Source: Candidatus Buchananbacteria bacterium
Lineage (GTDB): Bacteria > Patescibacteriota > Patescibacteriia > 2-01-FULL-39-33
Direction: 5' to 3'
Assembly: GCA_903888345.1 (NCBI GenBank)
Contig: CAISTG010000015.1
Location: forward strand, 11,474-75,473
DNA: 64,000 nt
The translations under genes were made by a program, and so were the position numbers. The notes under the pieces are model-generated. The model was not told the DNA's origin, ran no database searches, and was given only the letters and a program-made list of their open reading frames with translations. This document shows positions 29,977 to 39,628 of the stretch, piece by piece (within the stretch, counting starts at the first letter, position 1; each line of letters starts with the position of its first letter).

Positions 29977-30141
29977 AAAAAGATCGTTTGTAATTAATCA
30001 AACGACTCCGTCTAGCAAGACCACCTTCAATGATTTGCCCAGACATGAAACTAATATATGAAACTATTTTAGTTTGCTTATTAAATTGAAATTTAAGAGC
30101 GCGAATATACACATATTACGTCCGCTAGTTTTCTTTGTCAA
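29977..30141 (-). promoter_or_regulatory. Promoter and structured 5' leader (hairpin + terminator) of the HYR gene
   Basis: TTGACA-17-TAATAT (30141-30113); hairpin 30044-30010; GTCGTTTG/CAAACGAT stem followed by CTTTTT. Confidence 0.55.
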
Positions 30142-30213
30142 AGAAAAGTTATCCACACTTAGGGACGCTCAACGAAATCACTTCTCATGGGGGCATTATA
30201 TATTTTAAACCAC

Positions 30214-30251
30214 AAAAAAAGACCCCCGCAAAACCGTAGTTCTGCGGGGGT
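30214..30251 (-). terminator. Terminator of the 30570 cassette
   Basis: acccccgca/tgcgggggt stem with T7 tail on the minus strand. Confidence 0.75.
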
Positions 30252-30336
30252 GTGTCCTAGGTGGAAACCTAGACAAAGAGCGGGCGGAGGAGCTAACTCA
30301 AGACATTATTTATCTGTTCCATCTGAATATTCACAT

Positions 30337-30570
30337 TTACAGCTCAGTGACAGTCGCAGACGCCAAAGAAATGTAGACATATCCGGAAACTCCCTCAATA
30401 CGACGATCTTGGTCCTTAATCTTATCCAAATACCGGTTGCTTAACTTCTGCACATTAACCGCAACGTCTTTTGGCTCACATTCCAAATCATTGAGCTCGA
30501 TGTCGACTGAGACCTTGTTACCATTATTCCAGTATTCAGCCACAAGGGTCACAAGATACAACTTCTTCAT
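30337..30570 (-). CDS. Small hypothetical protein (SD-led)
   Basis: AAAGGAG SD; own consensus promoter and terminator. Confidence 0.7.
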   Translation of the reverse strand: MKKLYLVTLVAEYWNNGNKVSVDIELNDLECEPKDVAVNVQKLSNRYLDKIKDQDRRIEGVSGYVYISLASATVTEL

Positions 30571-30664
30571 GCCGTCTCTCCTTTGCCTTTTTGCTCTCGC
30601 TGTTAATTACGTTGAGCGCTTTTGTTATTAAGAACAATATCAGCAATCGATTTAACTAATCGCT

Positions 30665-30693
30665 ATTATAGCTAATATTTTATACTTTGTCAA
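30665..30693 (-). promoter_or_regulatory. Consensus sigma70 promoter
   Basis: TTGACA-17-TATAAT, exact. Confidence 0.8.
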
Positions 30694-30783
30694 TCTAATT
30701 ATCCCCTGACTTGCTAAATACTATCTAATTTTAGATAATTTTTTTGCGAGTATTATCAATCTAAATATAGATTTCCCAACATC

Positions 30784-30812
30784 TTGCAAATATCCGCCAT
30801 TTGTGTTATACT
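30784..30812 (+). promoter_or_regulatory. sigma70 promoter of the ABC-F gene
   Basis: TTGCAA-17-TATACT. Confidence 0.65.
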
Positions 30813-30883
30813 AGTACTTATCTAGGCCAAAATCTTGGCCTAATTAATTTTCACTAAAATCCGCCGCGGCGGACCCTACCCCT

Positions 30884-32341
30884 ATGGCCGAAGAAGTACT
30901 CTTAAGATTTGATGAAGTAACCTTTGAATACTCCCACAACAAGCCGATTTTAGAAGAGGCTTCTTTTAGCGTGCGACGAGGATCAAAAATCACTTTAATG
31001 GGCCAAAACGGTGCTGGCAAAAGCACTTTGTTTGGCTTAATTACCAAAACCCTTAAACCCAAGGAAGGCAACGTCTTCATTACTAAGGATGCTAGTATCG
31101 GCAAAGCCCACCAGACCTTAGATCGCGCTGATTTTGAATTAACCATGACAGAATACTTCGCTCGTGCCTTTACTCAAGTCCCAGGCAACCTCAAAAGCCA
31201 AATTAGCAAGGTTTTAGACGCTGTTAACTTAACTATCCCCTTCGAGCGCAAAGTCGGAGAGATGAGCGGTGGCCAACAGGCTCGTTTACTCTTAGCCTTT
31301 GCCTTAATCCAAAATCCTGACATCCTCTTACTCGACGAACCGACCAATAATCTAGACCAAGCTGGCATTGACCACTTGATCTCCTTCTTGATGCTTTATG
31401 AAAAAACCGTCTTAGTTATTTCTCATGATGCTGATTTCTTGAACTGTTTCACTGACGGCGTCATTTATTTAGATAATCATACTCATCAAATTGAAAGCTA
31501 CAATGGTGACTACTTCACGGTAGTAGAAGAAATTGCCAAACGTATTGAACGCGAACAAATGGAAAACGCCCGCGCCGAAAAAGTTATCAAAGATCGTAAA
31601 GAAAAAGTTAACTTCTTCGCTAACAAAGGTGGTAAGATGCGTAAGCTGGCTAAAAAGTTACGCGAAGAAACTGAAGAATTAGAAGACAGTAAGATCGTCG
31701 TGCGACGTGAAGACAAGACTATTCGCGATTTCACAATTGAAGAACAAAATGTTATTGGCGATGTGGTAAATATTACCGCTGTTACTACTTTTTATGGCCA
31801 TTTACCATTAGTTAAAGAAGTAGAAATGACAATCAGAAAAAAGATGCATGTGCTCGTTTCCGGCCCCAATGGTGTCGGTAAAAGCACTTTCTTGCGCTCA
31901 CTCGTCGCTGGCACCGCTGAGGGCGCCACGATTACTGAAGGCGTCCGCGTTGGTTATTACAGCCAAGATTTTTCTCAATTAGACTTCGATCAGACCGTTT
32001 TTGATTCCCTACGCAGTACTGTGGAAGACGTAGAAGTCATGAGTGCCGAAACCATGCGCTCTATTGCAGCTGGATTCCTAATTACTGGTGACTTAATGGG
32101 CAACAAAGTTGGTGACTTATCTGAGGGTCAAAAGGGACTATTGTCTTTTGCCCGCTTAGTTTTAATGAAACCAGGCCTCTTAATTCTTGATGAACCAACC
32201 AATCACATCAACTTCCGCCATATTCCCGTTATCGCTCAAGCGATTAACAATTACGAGGGCGCCATGATCATGGTCAGCCATATGCCGGACTTCGTTAAAG
32301 AGATTAGAATTGATGAAACTTTGGATCTAACCAAATACTAA
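30884..32341 (+). CDS. ABC-F family ATPase (ribosome-associated)
   Basis: Two NBDs: GQNGAGKST/MSGGQ/LDEPTNNLD and GPNGVGKST/LSEGQ/LDEPTNH; no TM segment. Confidence 0.92.
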   Translation: MAEEVLLRFDEVTFEYSHNKPILEEASFSVRRGSKITLMGQNGAGKSTLFGLITKTLKPKEGNVFITKDASIGKAHQTLDRADFELTMTEYFARAFTQVPGNLKSQISKVLDAVNLTIPFERKVGEMSGGQQARLLLAFALIQNPDILLLDEPTNNLDQAGIDHLISFLMLYEKTVLVISHDADFLNCFTDGVIYLDNHTHQIESYNGDYFTVVEEIAKRIEREQMENARAEKVIKDRKEKVNFFANKGGKMRKLAKKLREETEELEDSKIVVRREDKTIRDFTIEEQNVIGDVVNITAVTTFYGHLPLVKEVEMTIRKKMHVLVSGPNGVGKSTFLRSLVAGTAEGATITEGVRVGYYSQDFSQLDFDQTVFDSLRSTVEDVEVMSAETMRSIAAGFLITGDLMGNKVGDLSEGQKGLLSFARLVLMKPGLLILDEPTNHINFRHIPVIAQAINNYEGAMIMVSHMPDFVKEIRIDETLDLTKY

Positions 32342-32350
32342 TGGCTACTC

Positions 32351-32441
32351 CGTCATTGCGAGAAGCCAACAGGCGACGAAGCAATCTTTCTGGCCATGTT
32401 CTAGTAATCTTCAAGATTGCTTCGCTGAGCTCGCAATGACG
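32351..32441. repeat. CGTC-tagged palindromic (REP-like) element, empty form
   Basis: Outer IR cgtcattgcgag/ctcgcaatgacg; inner IR cgaagcaatctt/aagattgcttcg. Confidence 0.85.
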
Positions 32442-32457
32442 AAACAATATAAAACTA

Positions 32458-32485
32458 AAATAGCCGCTCACTTGAGCGGCTATTT
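32458..32485. terminator. Bidirectional terminator
   Basis: aaatagccgctca/tgagcggctattt between convergent genes. Confidence 0.75.
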
Positions 32486-32497
32486 ATATTAACAAAA

Positions 32498-32914
32498 TTA
32501 TTTTAAGCCATGCTCAGCAAAGCATTGTTTATATTGCTGATCAATGGTTAGCAAATGATCAATCAGCCAATCTTCTAGAAAATCAACCAACTCAAAAGCC
32601 AAAGCAAAAATATCATCACCACATTTAGCTTGAATCTCTTCTAATTTAGCCGTAAACTCCCGATGCTTTGCAATATGTTCCTCTGCATTTTCGTAATTAA
32701 ACTCCTTAAAATACTTTTCTTCGGTCTCAAAATGAAATTTTTTGTAAGCCACCAAGTTACCAATAATCTCCCCAATCTTTTCTTTTTCCGGACCAGTATT
32801 AATAGTATCGATCAATAGATTAATAGTCGTAAACATGGCTTTGTGCTGTTCATCAATCAACTCAACACCAACACTGTACTTGTCGTCCCATTCTAATTTC
32901 TTACCCATTTCCAT
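32498..32914 (-). CDS. Bacteriohemerythrin (start re-placed at MEMGKK)
   Basis: W...YSVGVELIDEQH, HFETEE, H...H, WL.DH....D. Confidence 0.93.
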   Translation of the reverse strand: MEMGKKLEWDDKYSVGVELIDEQHKAMFTTINLLIDTINTGPEKEKIGEIIGNLVAYKKFHFETEEKYFKEFNYENAEEHIAKHREFTAKLEEIQAKCGDDIFALAFELVDFLEDWLIDHLLTIDQQYKQCFAEHGLK

Positions 32915-33019
32915 ATATTTGTCATTATGACTAAGCCGCGGTAAGCAAGGATGCTTGAAAACCGCCATTAAATATATTATAACACTGGAATCTAAATCTG
33001 CCTAATGCTAGTTAGGTCA

Positions 33020-33048
33020 TTGACAAAGTTACCATTTATCTTTACACT
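33020..33048 (+). promoter_or_regulatory. sigma70 promoter
   Basis: TTGACA-17-TACACT. Confidence 0.7.
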
Positions 33049-33097
33049 ACAACTTAACCATTGTACCTTTAACCGCCACCAACCCAGGAGACGTCAA

Positions 33098-33829
33098 ATG
33101 AATAAACTGTCGTGGATTTTAGCCGTAATTTTCGGATTAATTATTGTTGTTCGGTGCCAGACGGTTATCGCCGCTGAAGACCCGCTTAAAGAGATTAATG
33201 CCAGCGGCTTCCCACTTACTACGGGTTTTCATTGGGAATACAATTACGTCAGTGAAGACCAAGATCCTAATGGCAAGTCATTGGCTGACCCCTATGGCAG
33301 TCAGGATGGACCCAAGGTCAAGGTAAATCGGGTCGAGCAGACGATGACCATGCAAGTTGGCGAGATTTTGATCGAAAATGGCAATATCAGGGCTGATGTC
33401 ACTGGTAATAGTTTACTAATCTTTGCCAATCCGGAAAGTGTCCGCGACTACAGTTGGGTTTATCAACCCTCAACTGGCGGTTTCTGGGAAGGGACGACTT
33501 CATTACGTAACGATTTCGTTGATAATCGACTCGGTTTAACTGCTGGCCGACCATTACTGCTGTTGCCGCCAAAAATCGGCCGACACTGGGGAGAAATATC
33601 GGAAGTTAAGCGTAACGATACGATGTATCGCTGGGAAGTTGAGACTAAAGAAGTTGTCAAAGTTCCCGCCGGTAACTTTATGTGCTATCGCCTAGCCTAT
33701 CGCACTAACCCCGATCACCAGATCATTTGGTTTTGCCCCAAGGTCGGCATTGTTAAAATGCAATATGTGCATCACGGCACAATCATGAATACGTTTATTG
33801 AACTTACCGCTTATGGTCAAAAAAAATAA
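33098..33829 (+). CDS. Secreted beta-sheet protein with VxVPAGxF motif (DUF3108-like); start re-placed at MNKLSW
   Basis: SD CAGGAG; signal peptide; FPL..G..W.Y; EVVKVPAGNFMCY; WFCPKVGIVK. Confidence 0.75.
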   Translation: MNKLSWILAVIFGLIIVVRCQTVIAAEDPLKEINASGFPLTTGFHWEYNYVSEDQDPNGKSLADPYGSQDGPKVKVNRVEQTMTMQVGEILIENGNIRADVTGNSLLIFANPESVRDYSWVYQPSTGGFWEGTTSLRNDFVDNRLGLTAGRPLLLLPPKIGRHWGEISEVKRNDTMYRWEVETKEVVKVPAGNFMCYRLAYRTNPDHQIIWFCPKVGIVKMQYVHHGTIMNTFIELTAYGQKK

Positions 33830-33836
33830 GCACAAC

Positions 33837-33869
33837 AAAACCCGTCAGATAACTTCTGGCGGGTATTTT
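33837..33869. terminator. Bidirectional terminator
   Basis: acccgtcaga/tctggcgggt. Confidence 0.65.
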
Positions 33870-33888
33870 AATATTATCACTGCCAGCT

Positions 33889-34641
33889 TTATTTAGTCGC
33901 AAAATTAAAAAAACCACCGCTACCCCCATAATTACATTGATTGCATAATGGCGAAACTGTCCGATCTAAATTATCAATCGACTGGCGAAAAGACTCAAAA
34001 GCGACATTTGTCCAAATATCTTCCAACCGATTATCTTTAACATTACCAAAACAATTAATCTCATAAAAATCACAACAACAACTGACAATCTTGCCACTGG
34101 GCCGCACACATAATACATTATGAATTCGATCGCAACCAGCCTGAAGTGCCTGTTGGGGTTTTGCTGCCCCCTCATGGCTAATATTACCGCCTCGATTATC
34201 TAGAAGAAACGGTTGCCGCTGATCAATGATCTCAATCAGATAATCTCGTGATTTTTTAAAATTACTAATCTTAGCAAAAGTCGCATCGTCATAAGTCGAA
34301 ACCTTAAGTTCACTTAAGCCAGCAGCAAACAGCCGATCCAACTTATCAAGATCTAACAAATCGCCATTACTGGCAATCATATGCCAAGCGTCAGGATTTT
34401 TTTGTTTGGAATAATTAATAAACTCGAAAATCCGTGGATCCGTTAGGGGCTCGTTAGTTTCAAAATAACCAATACGTCCCTTAAAGCCTAAGTCGGCTAG
34501 ATTATCAACAATTTTTTTAAATAATTCTGCACTTAATTCAATATTTTCCGGTTGATCACAATGACCATAATAACAATAAGAGCATCGACGTGTGCACCGA
34601 TTATTGGTTTGTATTTTGATGTGTTGAAATAATTTTGTCAC
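33889..34641 (-). CDS. Radical SAM/SPASM-domain protein
   Basis: CTRRCSYC; NEPL; SNG; SPASM-like C...VRPSGKIVSCC...FGN...L..IW...CNQC. Confidence 0.9.
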   Translation of the reverse strand: MTKLFQHIKIQTNNRCTRRCSYCYYGHCDQPENIELSAELFKKIVDNLADLGFKGRIGYFETNEPLTDPRIFEFINYSKQKNPDAWHMIASNGDLLDLDKLDRLFAAGLSELKVSTYDDATFAKISNFKKSRDYLIEIIDQRQPFLLDNRGGNISHEGAAKPQQALQAGCDRIHNVLCVRPSGKIVSCCCDFYEINCFGNVKDNRLEDIWTNVAFESFRQSIDNLDRTVSPLCNQCNYGGSGGFFNFATK

Positions 34642-34644
34642 AAA

Positions 34645-35055
34645 TTACTGCCAAATTTTATTAAGCTCGTCCCTTTTAATAAAGGGGTCGACTTCCTCAC
34701 TGGCAAATAAGTCAGCTTTAGAAAACCAAGCTGATGCGCTATGCTCTTCAGAAATTACAACTACTTCCGAACCAGTCAAAACTTCATTAATAGTAAAAAC
34801 AATACCCAACAAATCTTTGCCAGTATGATTGCTCTGCCAAATCCAAACGGGATCGCCCACCGTTAATCGTAGCCCAGTTTCTTCTTCTAATTCCCTTTTT
34901 AAGCCAGCCTTAACTTCTTCACCCTGATGAATGGTTCCACCAGGCAAAGTATAGAGTCCGCCCGGTCGATTTCTTTTTAATAATAAAACCTGATTAGCAT
35001 TATTAACAATAATAGCCTGAGTTGTAACTCTAGCATTGAGCTTTTCCATAAACAT
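34645..35055 (-). CDS. NUDIX hydrolase
   Basis: PGG.....E.......RELEEETGL; ISEEH. Confidence 0.92.
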   Translation of the reverse strand: MFMEKLNARVTTQAIIVNNANQVLLLKRNRPGGLYTLPGGTIHQGEEVKAGLKRELEEETGLRLTVGDPVWIWQSNHTGKDLLGIVFTINEVLTGSEVVVISEEHSASAWFSKADLFASEEVDPFIKRDELNKIWQ

Positions 35056-35141
35056 TTGATAATTAATTTTATACTATCTATTATGTCACATTATTACATT
35101 ATTAGCACACTCGCCCAAAAATTACAAGGATTAGATCAATT

Positions 35142-35172
35142 AAAAAAGCGCTTGTTTAGACAAAACAAGCGC
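35142..35172 (-). terminator. Terminator of the 38263-35186 operon
   Basis: gcgcttgttt/aaacaagcgc stem with T6 on the minus strand. Confidence 0.75.
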
Positions 35173-35185
35173 CAAACTAACAAAC

Positions 35186-35770
35186 TTACCAAACCTCATA
35201 CTTAATTACTGCCCAAGGCGTCAGCAACAAGATCCAAAAGTACAACCAGGGGCTCTGATGCTCCACATAGTACAGGTCACGTTCGAGTCGACGTTCTGGC
35301 TCAATGTGGCTTTTCCGAAAACCATAGACTTGGGCTAGTCCTGACATGCCCGGCAACACTTGCAGTCGCTTTTTGTATTGCGGCAGCTGACTAGCATACT
35401 GCTCAACCAAGTGGGGTAACTCTGGTCGCGGTCCGACTAAACTCATGTCGCCTTTGATGACATTAACCAATTGTGGTAATTCATCGAGACTATAGCGACG
35501 GAGCAAGTGCGAAAACCTTGAGATCCGAGGATCGTGTTTGGTAATCGGACCAAGTTTACGCATCGCTAAATTTTCCGGCGTTGGCTTCATTGTCGTAATC
35601 TTATACATACCAAACTGCCGGCCGTCCTTACCAATCCGGTTGTCCTTAAATATTGCATGGCAACGCAGATGGCACTTGGTCACGACGATAATCGTTACCA
35701 GAACCGGCGAAACCAGCACTAATATAAACAGCGCTAACACCAAATCGACTAACCTATTTACAACCTTCAT
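35186..35770 (-). CDS. Monotopic phosphoglycosyl transferase (PglC/WcaJ C-terminal-like sugar transferase)
   Basis: R..D, YK..TM, DPRI, LRRYSLDELPQL.NV.KGDMSLVGPRP, PG..GLAQV. Confidence 0.92.
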   Translation of the reverse strand: MKVVNRLVDLVLALFILVLVSPVLVTIIVVTKCHLRCHAIFKDNRIGKDGRQFGMYKITTMKPTPENLAMRKLGPITKHDPRISRFSHLLRRYSLDELPQLVNVIKGDMSLVGPRPELPHLVEQYASQLPQYKKRLQVLPGMSGLAQVYGFRKSHIEPERRLERDLYYVEHQSPWLYFWILLLTPWAVIKYEVW

Positions 35771-36708
35771 AACTCACCCTCCATAATGGCTTTGATTTTC
35801 GCCGTAACCCAATCGAGGTTACCGAAAATTTCGAAAGTCTGACTTTGTTTGTAAATATCCCTGGCCAAAGCCAATACTCGCGTACTGACTTCCTTTTGGT
35901 TGAGTGGCTGATAGACACTTTTAGTTGTCACCAGCACCAACTGCAAAGGATCATAAAAAAACGATAGTGGTTGATATAGAGCAACTTCGGAGAAGCTACT
36001 TTCCACATCCACTAGTCGGCGACAAGTACAATATTCATCGTTCACCGGAACGACCTTAACTCGCACTACTAAATCGATTGGCGTCGCCTCAGTCTTCTTC
36101 TGACAAAGGTCCGCCGCCACCGCAATAAATCTGTCTTTCCCGAACGTCTTCAACAAATACAGATACTCGGGAAAATATAACCGAATGGTTTCCGGTCGCA
36201 GTCGAATCGGCTTAGTACCGCCAAACATGGTCGGTCGGCCCTGTAATCTGCCGATCAATAAGCGATCATTACCCAGATACCGATAACCGTCTTTAAGCAA
36301 CTTCAGGCTGGTAATGGACTTGCCAGAAGCGAATCCACCAACCAACATTAAGCCACGTCCTTCCGGTGACCGCAGTCCAACTGCATAAGCCAAAACATTA
36401 TCGACAGACAAGTAAAGGTGCGAAAAATGATAGACCAGTAAAATTTCTAAATCATTCCTCCAGAGCGCACTTTCGTTAAAATAGAAGAAAGTCTGCCGAG
36501 CCAGAGGATCAATATAGAGAGACGTTTCGGGCGCCACCATGACCGTAAATTCCCAATCATAGTCACGAGAAATCGCCTTGTAACAATAATAACTCGGAAT
36601 AGCCCGATCCGCGACATCCTGATAATAGGCCAGGACTGCCGGCGAGTTGGTTTTCAGCAGAATTTTGAAATCCAGCGAACTTAATGTGCAGGAAAGAATC
36701 TCTGGCAT
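35767..36708 (-). CDS. HprK/PEPCK-fold P-loop kinase
   Basis: GLMLVGGFASGKS followed by YLGNDR; SD GGAGG. Confidence 0.7.
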   Translation of the reverse strand: MPEILSCTLSSLDFKILLKTNSPAVLAYYQDVADRAIPSYYCYKAISRDYDWEFTVMVAPETSLYIDPLARQTFFYFNESALWRNDLEILLVYHFSHLYLSVDNVLAYAVGLRSPEGRGLMLVGGFASGKSITSLKLLKDGYRYLGNDRLLIGRLQGRPTMFGGTKPIRLRPETIRLYFPEYLYLLKTFGKDRFIAVAADLCQKKTEATPIDLVVRVKVVPVNDEYCTCRRLVDVESSFSEVALYQPLSFFYDPLQLVLVTTKSVYQPLNQKEVSTRVLALARDIYKQSQTFEIFGNLDWVTAKIKAIMEGEL

Positions 36709-36709
36709 C

Positions 36710-37270
36710 TTAAGTCCTCCTTATTCGGATTTGTGTCCGAGCAAATTCATACGCCTCATCACCATTCCCGACAATAACTAAACGCGGACCTAACAATTCT
36801 TTCAGAAACTCCCGTGTCTGATCAAGTGACTCCTGAAATAAAACCAGATCAGTCACATCCGGAGTATCACCGCGTTTGACCATGTTTTTCAGACAATCGT
36901 CAAATGGTGTTGCGATCAGTACCACAAAAGTCGGCCACCAACTCCTGGTCAGTGGCAGCAACTCAGCGGCGGTAATTAGTCGCTTCCGGAAACACAGATT
37001 AGAAAAATCACAGAATGACGAACGCTCCATTAGCAATAAATCGGTACAAGCCGACAATTGCCGCAAGATTCGTTGTCGATAACTCACCCACTCCAGAATA
37101 CTAGTCTCATCCCTAGTTGCTCGTTTCAGACTATAAGGAAAACCAGTACCAAACCAGAGGGTTTCAGTTTGCGGCGAAACTTCGGCCGCTAACCGTTTAA
37201 TAACAGTGGTTTTACCCGCTCCCATTAAACCCTCGAAGTCAATTGACAAGGCTTGTTTGAGTCTAATCAT
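36710..37270 (-). CDS. Thymidylate/deoxynucleoside-kinase-like protein
   Basis: IDFEGLMGAGKTT, LLMERS, lid KRG; SD GGAGGT. Confidence 0.78.
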   Translation of the reverse strand: MIRLKQALSIDFEGLMGAGKTTVIKRLAAEVSPQTETLWFGTGFPYSLKRATRDETSILEWVSYRQRILRQLSACTDLLLMERSSFCDFSNLCFRKRLITAAELLPLTRSWWPTFVVLIATPFDDCLKNMVKRGDTPDVTDLVLFQESLDQTREFLKELLGPRLVIVGNGDEAYEFARTQIRIRRT

Positions 37271-37276
37271 GATGAC

Positions 37277-38263
37277 TTACCTCCAAATCCATGATTCACC
37301 GGTCTGCTGATAACGTAACTGCTGGGCGTGATAATGACTCGGCCAGAAACAACCAGAGCAATGCTCTGTATCCTTAGCTCGAGCTTCCAAAACTTTAGAA
37401 AAGTTGCTTGAGTCCTCCAAAGAAAAGATTGAGTACTGACTCAAGTGCTCTCCTTTGATGTCATTGCAACTCATTAATACGCCATCGGCATCGATCCTTA
37501 ACTCACTAATTACTGGAGCGCAATGCCAATTAAGGTTAATGGCGTAGTCCGGCAAGATAGTCAAGTATTCAACCGTATTAGATAACAACGCACCATCACG
37601 CTTCGCAGCAATCATCTTACCGACAAACTCTTGCAGTCGACCCTTATCCGACTCAGTAAAAGCAGGTGGTAAATTTCGGCCACGCGTTTGCCAATGATCG
37701 CCCGGACTAGCATGATAAGGCAGAATATACAGAGAAATTCCTTGTGCCGTTAACTGTTTCAAAATCAACTCAATCTGCTCCATGTTCTCGGGACGCAAAA
37801 CTGAATATGCAGTTAATTGCGGCACGCCAAGTTGCTGCATCAAAGCTAAAACTTCGTGAGCACGCAGACTCTTAGCGGTACTACAACTATCAAAACCATT
37901 TGGTCCGAGAACATCCATACTAGTGGAAAATCGTTGCAATCCTGCTCGCGCCAAACCGGCATAAATCTCCAGATCCGACATCGAGTTGGAAACAATGGCT
38001 AAATCCAATCCAGTCACCTCACGGTTAAACTGAACTAATTCAACAATGCCCGGATAGGTTGTTGGTTCTCCACCTAAAATAGAAACCTTATTAATACCTA
38101 AAGATTGCAAAATCAAAAAAGCTTTTTGCCAATCTTTCAGTGTTAATTCGTGGTAGTTCAACGCCAGCTTTCGGGTGCTGCAATGCTCACAAGAGAGATT
38201 ACAGCGTCGAGTAATGTAGATGCCGCAGGTCGTGATCGGATAGACGTTAGTGTCGATGTTCAT
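37277..38263 (-). CDS. Radical SAM enzyme with twitch/SPASM-like tail (start re-placed at MNIDT)
   Basis: CNLSCEHC, LGGEP; C-terminal HC...IDADG.L.SC...CSGC; SD AAAGGAG. Confidence 0.88.
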   Translation of the reverse strand: MNIDTNVYPITTCGIYITRRCNLSCEHCSTRKLALNYHELTLKDWQKAFLILQSLGINKVSILGGEPTTYPGIVELVQFNREVTGLDLAIVSNSMSDLEIYAGLARAGLQRFSTSMDVLGPNGFDSCSTAKSLRAHEVLALMQQLGVPQLTAYSVLRPENMEQIELILKQLTAQGISLYILPYHASPGDHWQTRGRNLPPAFTESDKGRLQEFVGKMIAAKRDGALLSNTVEYLTILPDYAINLNWHCAPVISELRIDADGVLMSCNDIKGEHLSQYSIFSLEDSSNFSKVLEARAKDTEHCSGCFWPSHYHAQQLRYQQTGESWIWR

Positions 38264-38329
38264 ATAACATCTCCTTTTGTTGTGTTTTAAGTTGTCAATG
38301 TCCAGCAATAGACATCAAGATAACTCTTA

Positions 38330-38358
38330 ACTATAGTCGATAGTCTGATCTTTGTCAA
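38330..38358 (-). promoter_or_regulatory. sigma70 promoter
   Basis: TTGACA-17-TATAGT. Confidence 0.72.
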
Positions 38359-38481
38359 GCCTTTTCTACTAATGCAAGGGAATTAGTGATTACGCCGAGA
38401 TTATTAAGAATAATACACTCAAGCTGATTCTATTTTGTTAATTCTCTATGTGCTATAATAAACACAAATAACCAAACTTAT

Positions 38482-39573
38482 ATGAAAAAATATTACCTCG
38501 GCTTAATTACTTTATTTTTCTTGTCGGTCGCCCCAGTTAGTGCCGCCACCGTCGCTAAAGTCGTTGTCTATAAACCAATAACTCCCGTAGCTTACACGCC
38601 AATAACTTGGGCCAAAGCGCCGGGTATCAATTCATATTTTCGTGCACCTGAAGGTAGCGGAGCGATTGATTTTATTACTCGCATCTATTTACCGCAAAAT
38701 CAAATTAATTTTGTAACGGCGACCGCCACTCCGATCAACCAAACCATTACTGTCGTCGATACTGAAACTACCGTAGCGCCTGATTCCAACACTAGTAGTA
38801 ATGATATTGGCTCCTACCCTAGTCTAGCGTTTAAACGCTTAGGCGCCGAGACCGCCAAAAACTTAACACCAAATACGAAGTTCCTCTGGGACGCGCCTTT
38901 CTTCAACATGCAACCGGAGTTTACTGATTTAAGCATGGCACTTAAATATACTAATGGCACTTCGACGACTATCACCGGCGGTGTTCGCTCTTTGGCCGAT
39001 TTAGCTCACCCACGCAAAATGTTGGTTGTTAATAATCAAACCGGCCAAGCCACCATTAAAGATTTTGATTCCGAATATTTTATAAATAGCACTAATGGTG
39101 ATTTAGCGATTGAGGGCTTTGCTCCGACTGTTGCCAAATCCGACAATGCTAGTGGCGCAGCCTCGCGTTTATTCGTAGGGGTTTCGAGTGACGGTAAAGA
39201 GTTAATGGTTTATTGCAGTCAACTGGCTACCGTTGGTGAAGCTAGCGCCGCCCTCGAGAATGCCGGGGCTTCTATAGACAATCAAATTCAAGTCGATGGC
39301 GGTGGCAGTGCCGCTTGTGGCTATAATCTGCCTGGTCAATACTTTGTCGAACCAACTCGCACGTTACCCTTGCTAATGGGCGCTGAAACAATTTTACTGC
39401 GCGGTAACATTACTTTAAGTAATACTAAAGTCCGTAATGGCGCGACCGCCAAATCCCCCATCATTAAGCAATTAGCCAAAGGCGTCGCTGTCCGCGTCTA
39501 CGAGGAAAAATCCGGCTACTACCGCATCAGCGACAAACAATGGGTCTTAAAAACAGCCGTCAAGAAAATTTAA
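38482..39573 (+). CDS. Secreted phosphodiester-glycosidase (NAGPA-like) + SH3b-domain protein
   Basis: Signal peptide; SR..VG; VDGGGS; C-terminal VR.G......II..L.KG..V.V.E...G.Y.I....WV. Confidence 0.65.
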   Translation: MKKYYLGLITLFFLSVAPVSAATVAKVVVYKPITPVAYTPITWAKAPGINSYFRAPEGSGAIDFITRIYLPQNQINFVTATATPINQTITVVDTETTVAPDSNTSSNDIGSYPSLAFKRLGAETAKNLTPNTKFLWDAPFFNMQPEFTDLSMALKYTNGTSTTITGGVRSLADLAHPRKMLVVNNQTGQATIKDFDSEYFINSTNGDLAIEGFAPTVAKSDNASGAASRLFVGVSSDGKELMVYCSQLATVGEASAALENAGASIDNQIQVDGGGSAACGYNLPGQYFVEPTRTLPLLMGAETILLRGNITLSNTKVRNGATAKSPIIKQLAKGVAVRVYEEKSGYYRISDKQWVLKTAVKKI

Positions 39574-39628
39574 TTTTACATTTAAAAAACAACGGGCATT
39601 CAACTCGTTGTTTTTAATTTGAATCAAT

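Noticed and set aside
30010-30044. c-di-GMP-I riboswitch
   Set aside because: GGGCAAA...GAA resembles P2, but the GCAAAG junction and P3 are absent
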